NCBI GenBank assembly: GCA_046563655.1
Contig: CM102290.1
Coordinates: 12,648,001 to 12,712,000, forward strand
DNA: 64,000 nt
Source of the DNA: Yuukianura sp. NJ FZ-2021
Taxonomy: Eukaryota
Direction: 5' to 3'
Part shown: one piece after another, positions 1-25,200 of the stretch
Layout: each line of letters starts with the position of its first letter
Position numbering within the stretch: position 1 is the stretch's first letter
Made by a program: the position numbers and the translations under genes
The notes under the pieces: generated by a model
What the model saw: only the letters and a program-made list of their open reading frames with translations
Database searches by the model: none
What the model was told of the DNA's origin: nothing

Positions 1-13420
<13,420 letters not shown>

Positions 13421-13676
13421 ATTCAAACCGTAGTCAACTACGACAGTGATATTATCCTAAAAGTTAAAAATACCATCAACAATATACAATAATTACAAAC
13501 TTAATACTTACAAGTAATTAAATTCATAAAAATAATCATGGTTGTGTGTCAACTTGAGTGCTTGAATACCTTTCCTAAAGATTAAAAAAAATGCACCAAC
13601 CACCGATTTCGAAAATACTTTCCAAGAAAGCCTGTAATGTTATATTGTGAAATTTTGTGTAATTTTGTATAATTGT

Positions 13677-15643
13677 GAAATTTTGAAAACTCCAAAATGG
13701 AACATCAAGTTTTTCGTCAAATTTTGAAAAAAACCATGGACTATAGTCCATGGATTTTTTCGAAATTTCGTCAAAATTTGAGGGTACCTTTTTATATTTT
13801 CTAAAAATACTCCTTATTTTTGTGAATTCAGGGGCGAAGAGTTTACCTTTCTATCGCTTTCCGCTCCCGAGTTATGAATTTTGAAAGTTTTTGAAAATTA
13901 AACTGAAATTTTGAAAATTTATATCTCGTAAACGGAAAGCGATAGAGACATAATCTCTTCGCGATAGACTTTCAAAAAACATGAAGAATTTTTAGAAATT
14001 TTGAAAACTCCAAAATGGAACATCAAGTTTTTCGTCAAATTTTAAAAAAAAACCATGGACTATAGTCCATGGATTTTTTCGAAATTTCGTCAAAATCTGA
14101 GGGTACCTTTTTATATTTTCTAAAAATACTATATATTTTTGTGAATTCAGGAGCGAAGAGTTTACCTTTCTATCGCTTTCCGTTCCCGAGTTATGAATTT
14201 TGAAAGTTTTTGAAAATTAAAATGAAATTTTGAAAATTTATATCTCGTAAACGGAAAGCGATAGAGACCTAATCTCTTCGCGAGAGACTTTCAAAAAACA
14301 TGAAGAATTTTTAGAAATTTTGAAAACTCCAAAATGGAACATCAAGTTTTTCGTCAAATTTTGAAAAAAACCATGGACTATAGTCCATGGATTTTTTCGA
14401 AATTTCGTCAAAATTTGAGGGTACCTTTTTATATTTTCTAAAAATACTCCTTATTTTTGTGAATTCAGGGGCGAAGAGTTTACCTTTCTATCGCTTTCCG
14501 CTCCCGAGTTATGAATTTTGAAAGTTTTTGAAAATTAAACTGAAATTTTGAAAATTTATATCTCGTAAACGGAAAGCGATAGAGACATAATCTCTTCGCG
14601 ATAGACTTTCAAAAAACATGAAGAATTTTTAGAAATTTTGAAAACTCCAAAATGGAACATCAAGTTTTTCGTCAAATTTTAAAAAAAAACCATGGACTAT
14701 AGTCCATGGATTTTTTCGAAATTTCGTCAAAATCTGAGGGTACCTTTTTATATTTTCTAAAAATACTATATATTTTTGTGAATTCAGGAGCGAAGAGTTT
14801 ACCTTTCTATCGCTTTCCGTTCCCGAGTTATGAATTTTGAAAGTTTTTGAAAATTAAAATGAAATTTTGAAAATTTATATCTCGTAAACGGAAAGCGATA
14901 GAGACCTAATCTCTTCGCGAGAGACTTTCAAAAAACATGAAGAATTTTTAGAAATTTTGAAAACTCCAAAATGGAACATCAAGTTTTTCGTCAAATTTTG
15001 AAAAAAACCATGGACTATAGTCCATGGATTTTTTCGAAATTTCGTCAAAATTTGAGGGTACCTTTTTATATTTTCTAAAAATACTCCTTATTTTTGTGAA
15101 TTCAGGGGCGAAGAGTTTACCTTTCTATCGCTTTCCGCTCCCGAGTTATGAATTTTGAAAGTTTTTGAAAATTAAACTGAAATTTTGAAAATTTATATCT
15201 CGTAAACGGAAAGCGATAGAGACATAATCTCTTCGCGATAGACTTTCAAAAAACATGAAGAATTTTTAGAAATTTTGAAAACTCCGAAATGGAACATCAA
15301 GTTTTTCGTCAAATTTTGAAAAAAACCATGGACTATAGTCCATGGATTTTTTCGAAATTTCGTCAAAATCTGAGGGTACCTTTTTATATTTTCTAAAAAT
15401 ACTATATATTTTTGTGAATTCAGGAGCGAAGAGTTTACCTTTCTATCGCTTTCCGTTCCCGAGTTATGAATTTTGAAAGTTTTTGAAAATTAAAATGAAA
15501 TTTTGAAAATTTATATCTCGTAAACGGAAAGCGATAGAGACCTAATCTCTTCGCGATAGACTTTCAAAAAACATGAAGAATTTTTAGAAATTTTGAAAAC
15601 TCCAAAATCAAAGATCAAGTTTTTCGTCAAATTTTGAAAAAAA
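13677..15643. repeat. Tandem array of 318-319-bp internally palindromic units (6 copies plus partial), alternating A/B variants
   Basis: Palindrome CCATGGACTATAGTCCATGG starts at 13734, 14053, 14371, 14690, 15008, 15326; each unit also has the inverted pair TCTATCGCTTTCCG / CGGAAAGCGATAGA. Confidence 0.97.
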
Positions 15644-16416
15644 TGGTTTTTACGTCCAATTTGGTCAAAATCCTAGGACAGAATAACCACTTCCAGTTTC
15701 CAGTTTTACTTTGTTTATTTGTGTTTTTTATGAGTTAGCAATCAATAACAACATTGAACGGTGACACCAAATAACCATTTGTATTTGAACTTAATACTGC
15801 AGGGAATAATTACCCAATTGTCATTTTTTCGTTCGTTAGTTTGAACAACAGATTTAAGATTCAAAGTCCAGGAGGTGACATTTTACAGCAAAAGTAAAAG
15901 TAAAATAGTGGAAGACCAAATTCCAATTTGAGTTTAGTTATTGGCATAAGGGATAAGCGCAACTTAGGCACAACAATTAGTATAGTTGGTAACTGAATTC
16001 AATCATAACCATTGCATTCTTAAAATATAAGAGGCCTCTAAAATATTTTAGAATCAGAACAAAGATCTACATCACAAGTGGATGACACTTTGGTAGGTAC
16101 TACTAGAATGTTACGTAAAATATTGGAAACACATTGACTTTGATACATTAGTACAAGTTCTGCTTCACAAATTAACTAAATACGGGGTAACTACCGAGTT
16201 CCACTGTTTCCGGATTTAACAAATCGTACTATGCACTTCCTAACGGGAAGTGTAAAGTAACAATATCTTGGAGTTAAAACTGTTGTTACCGATAAAGCTT
16301 AACGCAAGTAACTACTAGGTATTAATAAAAAATAGTTATGGCCATGAACTTGTCATACTCTGTTCTAAACCTACTGTACAACCTAACCAAAACTAGTTCA
16401 TGTCGGTTTTAAGGTA

Positions 16417-16644
16417 CAGTAGAACCTCTCATTGCACAACTTTTAGTTCCGCCTACAAAGGCTCGGCTGACAAAGCAGTGGGATACCGGAAGATTTAAAT
16501 TTTTGAAGTAATTTTAGTCGTAGACAAAACGTTCTGAGTGTTCCAGAGTCTCAGAAGTGCTAGAATATAGAGCCCCACGGTACCGGCGAAAGAATGCTTT
16601 AAATCAGCCAATCAGAGCCTGTTGCGCAGTGAGAGTATCTACTG
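16417..16644. mobile_element. Tc1/mariner(pogo)-type MITE
   Basis: Imperfect 24-bp TIRs CAGTAGAACCTCTCATTGCACAAC / GTTGCGCAGTGAGAGTATCTACTG flanked by TA on both sides. Confidence 0.75.
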
Positions 16645-16841
16645 TAAGTAGTTTTCTAGATCAACGTGACTGTTACACAAAAAGTATAACGGACGACCTA
16701 CCTGTTAACTAATTTTAAGTATAACGTCTTAAGTTACTGAGTCTTACTATTGACTAAGGTTATTTAAAGTACGACTAACAAGTACTCACGAGTAAGGTCA
16801 AGTACGTAGCGTTTCTGATGAGCTTCTTATGACTCCGTTTC

Positions 16842-18835
16842 TCAGACTAGAACACCCCAAGGATGTGAGATTCGTCCGTAGTAGATATCCGTGAGATTCT
16901 TGAGGATTTTCATGGCAAGTGAATCTTTCTGTCCGTCCGCTGGAATGGCATGAGTAACACCCAGATATGAAATGGAACTTACTGGACACACAATACAGGC
17001 AGTCCCGGCTCCAAACACTTCCAGAAGCTGCAATGAGAGTAAAACAAGACTTTAATCTACGATGAAACGGGATTTGAAATGTCCGGAAATGATTCGTTGA
17101 TAGCATCGTTAAGGTATTCCAGGGAAAAACTTACTCGTTTCTCCTCCTTCGCCTGTACTACTTCCTTCATGGTGATTGTACGCTCAGTGACCTTGAACTC
17201 CTTCCATTCCCGTGTCATCTCCAAAATACTTTGTCTCGTGACGCCAGGCAAGATGAGTCCATTCAGAGGCGGGGTTATCAGTTCCTTCTCTAAAACAGGA
17301 GAGATGTGAATTTCAGAAGTCACAAATCTTTATCACAAGGCACAAGGTTAATTTCATCACTTCAAAATCTGAGTTAATACTCTTACGAGAATCACAAATG
17401 GAGAAATATATGTATAGCAAGGCCAATTTCTAAATTGCAACACACGCCTCTGGAGTCACCTCCTTGGCAACTTTACTTTTGATTCTGCCTCTTACCTCCT
17501 TTCTGGTTTTTCATGAAGACGAATATGTTCATTGTCCCGACTTCTGTCAACTGATGATCCTGTCCATACAGCCACAGAACTTGCTGCAGGCCTTGCTTCT
17601 CTGCTGCTTTCTATTGAATCAATATCACAAACTCATAAGCACTTCAGACAACTTCCAGAACAACCATGTAACGGTTGGAGTAATACCTGGACAAAAACGG
17701 TTGGAGCATAGTTGGAACCCAGCTTGGTGTCACCGCATCCACCAGGCCATGCTCGTACATATTGTGGATCTGCCAGGAGTGAAACAGGCTTGAATCCGGT
17801 GGAAAAGTAAGGGCCGACAGGACACAGAATCACAAACAGCATGGCATTCTGTGATGCTGCGACGCCTAGCGACGGCTACAAGGAAAATTTTCAAATTAAT
17901 AGGCATTGGAAAGCCATAAAGTAAATAAACAGTATTCATAGTTAGCCTTACGTCAGTTCCCACAAAAGTTGGTCGGATGTATAAACTTGACGTCTCAGAA
18001 TGTGGAATCCATTCTTGCTCCAGCGTCACAAGTCGCTTGATACATTCCAGGAATTCTCCACTCTCAAATTGCGGCAGGAGGGAGCGGCGAGCACCATTGA
18101 GAATCCGTTTCATGTTCAGATCCGGCCGAAACAGACGAATTCTGCCATCAGTTCCGCGGTAGGCTTTCATACCTTCGAAAAGCTAAAAAAAAAAAGAGGA
18201 GAGAGTATAGTTAGAGAAAGTTCGGCTTTCCTCGCCACCTCACTTTATACATTTGCCAAAAAGTTTTGGCTCACCTCAATGGCATAGTGCAGGACTTTTG
18301 CAGCAGGATGAATTTTCAGATCATGGATTAGGGAAATTTTTGGTTTTGACCATCCTTGAGCCGATCCCCATTCAGCTTCAAACATGTAGTCAGTGAAGGA
18401 TTTTCCGAAAATGAGTTTGGAAACATCTGGTTTCGGTTTAAGTTGAGATGGATCTCCCAGTTCCACTTGCAAATCAGAGTACTAAACACAAAAAACACAA
18501 AGTTTTGGGAAAACTTTACAATAACTAAAGTAAGTCTACTTCTTTAAAAGCTGACCTTGAAAGTTCCCTCCGGTGACGTAGAGTAAGATGAAGAAGTCAA
18601 GCTCATAAGGCCTCCATTCCGATTGAAAGTTATCTGAGAAGAAACAAACAAAAGCATAGTGTAAACAATTAATGTAATTTGCTAACTAAACAAGTAGTCT
18701 CCAGAAAGCAGAAAAATGAGACTCGTGGGAGCCATAACTGCTTCTTTAGTAAACCGGTACCTGGTGCGTCTGATGATGCCAAGCGGATAAGCACCGACTC
18801 GGAAATGCCCGCACAAGCCCGGAGTACCTTGCCAT
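16842..18835 (-). CDS. BCAT: Branched-chain amino acid aminotransferase (PLP fold IV), probable mitochondrial presequence
   Basis: ATG 18835 ([19 protein letters not shown]..., Arg/Ser-rich); motifs [29 protein letters not shown] (PLP lysine), [30 protein letters not shown] (CxxC as in vertebrate BCATs); stop TGA 16842-16844. Confidence 0.95.
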
Positions 18836-20889
18836 TTGAGAAGTAATTTGAACAGTAATCTAGTAGTGATTGATGTGGTGAATGTGATGTAGGCTTTTAG
18901 TAGTTTGTACAGTTGTGTGGTAATTGAGCTTCTTCTATTGTAACTGACTAAGTGAACTAGTTCACTGAAGGATGACTGGATTCGTGTAGTAGGAACTTGA
19001 TTGAGCTGAGGAGAGTTAGGACTTTACAGAACTTTACTCCACGTTATAGTTAGTTCCACGTTGTCGTCCAACTACGGCACGATTGTGCGTTCTACGTTTG
19101 TTGTAGGATGTGAGACAGGAACTTCAATTGATTTCCTGTTGTGCTATTGACTGACAGGGGCAAAAGTGTCGTCTAGGAAGGTCCGTTCTCGTCAAATCTC
19201 TCTTCTCAACTGAGGGAGCTGAATTGGATACGATGAAGTCAAGCCCTCCAGAACCACGATGGAGTGAGCATAAGTTCTTTTCTCACACTTGTGCGACTTA
19301 AGAAGCTCCCGAATGAATAATCTGTAACAGAACACGCAAAAATTACCAATTCTGATTGACATCCTTTCATTATTATAGATTCAAGTTTTGTAATGACCAA
19401 ACCCAATAATAACCAACCCCATCCCAAAATACTAGAAGCAGGGTCATGACGATTGAACTCGAAATGTCAGTTACTGTCCCGATCAGTTTGGTTTTCGCTT
19501 CAGAACCACGCCATTTTCTTAGCCTCCGACAAATATTTTCGATTTCCTGCAAAGAAACACCGGAAGGAAGGTAACAAGAAACCAACAATGTACACACCAA
19601 GTCATCCGCATAACACTTACCAAGGACAATTGTAGGGCAGTTGAGCAGACAGCAAATTTCTGTATCTCGAACAAAGATGAGTCCAGGGCCAGAGGTTATC
19701 ACCGAATCGTGGGATTGGACTGTGTGAAGAACGATGAAGGGTCTTGCACATCCTTTCAATCAATCAGGAGGCGTGTATGCAGTATCTAACCAATCCAAAT
19801 ACATTTGTCACATTAGCTTTACAAATCAGCCGGAGAACGCTTACGTTTGCTAAATTTAGCGTTGACCTTGTTTTTTCAGACCACATTAACGTAAGATAAA
19901 ACAAACCACAATGGTCGGATGATGATGAATGATACAATAACCGACTCAATAAATTACATACAACTCAAATTCGCAATTACTTACGCAAGACTTGCGCTGA
20001 CGATGAGAGGCTACAAGGCTGAATGTATTGAATTGGAATTCGAATTCAGGGAATTGCAGTGCAGCCACGATTATCAAAATGTTGCAACGCCAGCATTAAT
20101 CGGGTTCACACCATCGACCTCATAAATATTATTAATTACCTAACTTCTTAAGAACTCCATCAGAAAAACTCCAATTAACTGTAATTAAATCCGACTACAG
20201 GAAGTTAAAAAGTAAACACGCTGAAATTCCAGAACACCATGAAGCAAAAACGTTAAAGTGCGTTTCGAAACTACAATTCGTTAATTTCGCAATGGCGAAA
20301 CTACCAAAATGTTCGAAAATACTGGCGAAACATTCTATTTCGCCAGTGCAAAACCCACTTTTGTAGTTTTGTATGTAAACAGAAACAAAGAACGTATGAC
20401 CAACGTTGCATTCCTTTCTCAAATTTCCCGCATTATACTTTGATTACAATTACAATTACAATTAATAATTCTAATTATCCTCATTTCCTGATCATCCAAT
20501 TAAGAAAGCGTGAGTTCCAGTCGATTCCTGGACAAATTCTGCCCTGAGTTCATATCCTACTTGGCCATTGGTTATCCAGTGAACCAATCCCGGAGCGACT
20601 AAACCGTTTATGGTCAATCACATAAAGTCTTAACTTTATTAGGCCATGTAGTATTTTAGGAGGTCAGGGTTCATCAACCAGCATGGGGGTGGTGTCCCCC
20701 CTACATCGGTAACGGTGTAGTACAGTGAGCTCAACAACACGGAGCGAACTAAGATGGCTGCTGATGATGATTGGTCGGCAAGCCGAGAGTTGAGCAAGGC
20801 TCCTCAAACGTCCGGAACCGGATATGATTGATTGGTTAGTAAACTAACTTCCTAGTGTGGTGTCACACTTTGGGTTCATGCGCTGCGCA

Positions 20890-21120
20890 GTGAACCCCGT
20901 ATAACAGAAAAAATCCAAAAAAAAAAAACGAATTCTGAACTTAAAAAATACAAAACCCAAAAAAAGTTAAAAACCCAAAAAAATACAAAAAAAAATATGT
21001 TCACGTGAACCAAACCGTTTATAACAGAAAAAATCCAAAAAAAAAAAAAAAATGAATTGAGAATATAAAAAATATAAAACACAAAAAAAGTTAAAAAGCT
21101 ACAAAAATCCAAAAAAAAAA
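20890..21120. repeat. A-rich tandem duplication, two ~115-bp units
   Basis: GTGAACC...TATAACAGAAAAAATCCAAAAAAA...AAAAAGTTAAAAA occurs twice, from 20890 and 21005. Confidence 0.7.
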
Positions 21121-22260
21121 AAATAATTTTTTTTTAAACACTAAGCGTTTGGTCGTGCATCATCCAAGCTTTTCCAAACTTTTTCTTGATCGCACTGTGA
21201 AGTGCTCCCAAGAAAAGTGTGAAAGTAAGCAGTGCATTTTGAAGTTTTGATTTCTTTTTTATACGCGATGACTACAAATTAACTATGAAGTTTTGCAAAG
21301 GTTTAAGTACTAACTCAGCAGGAAGTGACACATTTGTTTGTTAATTAGTTTCTTTGGAAATTGAGAGTTTGACCTTGACATTTATAGTTGTGACCCTGTT
21401 GGAATACTCTTGTCCTTGTAGTTTACTTTTGTTTTGAATCTTTTTTTAACTCAAAACCAAAATGTTCGTTAGAATTGTATGATCGAATAGGTAGTACTTG
21501 CCAAAATGAAGTAAGCTCGTGTGCGTCAGTCGACAAATCTTGTGCACATCAAACATTAAGACAAGTCTTTCACAGTTGTAGAGGTTGTTGCGTTGTTGGA
21601 TCCGTTCCAGAATCTGACGGTTTTTGTCACACTGGATATTGTTTGCAAAGCTGTAGCGAAATATAACCAGTAACAGTCTAGGTAAAACGTAAAATGTTCC
21701 AACAAAGGTGTTGTAGGCCCTGGGATGTGTTTTAGCAGTACGTTTTTGACAATTCGCAAAAGCGTAAATTTTCGTGTCAACTTGTTACATCAATCCGAAA
21801 CTTTTTTTTTTGAAAATTTCCAACCAAATTTCCAGCGATTGTTCCGTGGTAGACCGTACATTTTTTCCAAAAGTTTCTAAATTGGTAAATTGTGTTAAAA
21901 ATTGTAAGCGTCAGAGAGATTTCGAAATGAAATTTCAGATTTGAGACATGAAAGAAAAAAAGACGGCGATTCCCAAGTTTCAACAAACAAGTGAACGAAA
22001 CAAATGAAAAATCAATGACCACGCAACTATTAGCTAAGCATAAATAGTTATTATTGTAACGACGGAAAAAATTCAAGATCCACTGCTTGCAATTTCTAAC
22101 GTAGGCAGCTTATTACATAGAATGTACGGCGGGATACTATACAGAGACATTAGACATTAGACGATTTAGTACATGAATCCTAGAAAGTCAATGTCGTTTC
22201 GATGTGGAAGGCTGGCTTTCTGGTAACGGCCACTCTAAGCTACTAAATGACCTCGTTTCG

Positions 22261-25200
22261 TTAAATTTGCGTGTACGAAGTCTTCGTCTTCGAAAATGAC
22301 TTGGACTCCTGCTTCGTCGTTTTTCTAAGTTCCTGCTCCTTGGGACTCGTCGGCACTTGACTCAGCCTGAAAAACAGAAAACCGTAAAACTAAACTGTTT
22401 TTCAAATAAAAAGTCAAAATGTTTTGAATTTTGAACTTACCGCCTCTCCTCTCCCTCCAACAGCATATGGTACGTTGCAATTTCATTGTCCAGCACCACC
22501 TTGGTATCCCACAAGTCTTGGTACTCTTGAATAAGCTTGGCTTTGTCTGCTCGGAGGTCATCGTTCTCCAAGTCCTTCTTTCGCATTTCTTTTCCAAAGT
22601 AGTCCCGGTCATCGGCCAACTTCTTTTCCAAATCTCGAATGCTTTTGACAAGACCGTAGTTGTCGCCTTCAAGAAGCGACAGTTTCTGGATAGCCGTGTT
22701 GAGCTTCTCAGTGACCATGGAGAGCTCTCCAGCTTTGTCAGCCAAGGCATCTTTTAGTCGATTGATCTGTGCTCGAAGATCGTCGGCCTTCGTGGCATAC
22801 AAGGCGTCTTGGGCGTCCTTGTTCTTCTGTGCTTGTTGCTCATATTCGTCACGTAGTTGCTGAATGTCGTTCTCCAACTTGGACTCATACTCCTAAAGTC
22901 AATCCAACAAAACTTAATTCAAGTGTTTAAGATTACATCACCATTTGATTAGCCAATAAAATTCAAAGCATTTTCCTAAAAACGGGTTGAATATTCAAAC
23001 AGAATCAGAAATCGAGGACACAAATTCCAAATTCTTCAGGAAATTGGAATTCGTGACTAAACAGTACTGTGATTTCCGTGTTGAGGTTCCACATTTGCCG
23101 AATTAATGTTGTTTTGGTACATAAAAATGTGGCACTGAATTAATATTTTTTGAAATATTTTTGGACATGACCGGCACAAGTACCTTCTTGAGTCGCCCAT
23201 CCATTTCAGCAATTTCTACTTCACGGTGACTCTTGATATTCATAATTTCCTGTTCGTAGATTTGCTTCTTAACGACAAAGTCCTCGACGTGTCGATCCAT
23301 TTGATTTTGGAATTCAATCTTCTGCATACACTCGTCTTCTAATTTGTTGCTTAGCTCATCCACCATTTTCCCAAGTCGTACAACTTCCTCTTGCAAATCC
23401 TTGAAAATTAAAAATCACTTAATTAATTACACCCCAAAGCATTGCAAATTCAGTCAAGCGTGAAATTTTACGCGTTTGTCATTGGCCAATTTGTCTCTGT
23501 CTGCATTCGCCTTCTGGAGGCCGCTAAAGAGATTTCCAATTTCATCTTCGGCTTGGGCCAATTTGTCTGCAAATTTTTTGCACTCCTTGGTCTTCTTGTC
23601 CAATCTAAAAATTCGAATTATTATTTTAGCACGATTTGCTCAGAATTTGAAATTCAAGTTTTGTTTTAAATGTCACGCTCACCGATTGCTGAGGTCAGTC
23701 AGCTCTTTGTTAAGTTTCTCTTGATTGAGTTCTAGCCTTGCCCTGTCCTTGTCACTGTCCTGGAGCTGCTTCCGCACTTCTTCCAATTCGTTGTCATACG
23801 TTTTCTGTAGAAGGCTAAGTGTCTGAATTGTATTCTCCCGCTCCGTGACCAACTAAAAATTAGTACACAAAAATTTTGAATTAGGTCACTATGTTAAGTT
23901 ACCAAAAATAACAAATTAGGCAAAAATTTGCAGAAACACGACGACCAAATGTAGCACAAAGCGTGTGTGACCTTTACCTCCTTGGACAGCAAGCTATTTT
24001 CATCTTCCAACTGGGACTTCCGCTCCAAAATGGCGGCTAGGCGATTATTCAAGCTAATCAGCGCATTCTTCTCGTCAATACGGGAACGTGTGGTGGGAGT
24101 TTTTGGTCGCTCTGAAACAAAACCAAAACGTTTTAAACAAAAACCGGTCAAATTTTGCTTCTAATTCACCCGTTTTTCGAAAATTTGAGGCGCTTTTCAT
24201 AACTTCACCTATTTCCATTTTAGTATATTTGAAACTGGGTTGAATTCGTCTCCTAGATACTAATTTCAAGGAAGTCGATGATCAAGTACAAGTCAATCAA
24301 AGTAATCACAATCAGTAGTGGAAGGTCGCACGTCAGCAGATTACGTTCCTTTGGGCACATGCAAACCACTATACACGACAACAAAAGCTTTTGCGTCATT
24401 GTTTCTATCCAGACTCATAAAAAGCTTGGTTGGGTACACAAAAATATTGACAGTCACAGTAGGTAAATTGTAAACCTGTCAAACGGCATTGTTGCAACTT
24501 GCAAATTCCTGAGGAAGTGGGATCTTCTAGTTAGCACTTCATGGCTTCACACTTTTACATTATTGTAATGCCGTTGCGCACTTACGCACAAACAACGTGA
24601 CACACCCACCCATCATTAGTCATCACGCACTACTCTCTCTCTGAAGTTATGTCATGCACCGTTTACCAAGCTTCCTGAATAAGTTATAGACATCATCTTT
24701 CCTAAAAGTGAAATCTTATAAGTACCTAATGACAGGGGACATTAAGCTTAAACGATGTTGTAACGGCGATGAATTAGGGAGGGCGTTGAGCAAAATGTTC
24801 CCAAAGTCAACTGCCTTAAGATGACTCTTCTCGACCAAGATTTCAATGAGAATCTAGAGGCTAACAAATGAAACTGAATAATTATGATCATTTCAAATTG
24901 ACATTATGATTTACATTGAAATTAAACTTTTTGAAAGTGAAATTAATTAATACAGCCTGGAGGGAGTTCACACGCCTTGTTCAACTTACAAATACAAAGC
25001 ATATGCTCATAGTATATGAGAAATTTATTTCGAAGAAGATATCTGCGTCAAAATTCTCACTCTGTTACTTGAGAAAATGTGGGAAGTCATCCACTCACTC
25101 CAAAATCTTTTGCAAATCACTTACTTCCTTTTTAAACTTATAAGATACTTTAACTGCGCTCAACACTTCTTTTCCATGTGCTTTCTTTGAAAAATAGAAC

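Noticed and set aside
19373..22076. Downstream minus-strand ORFs as the missing lamin Ig-fold/CaaX exons
   Set aside because: None shows LTD motifs or a terminal CaaX, and lamin exon 7 has its own in-frame stop.
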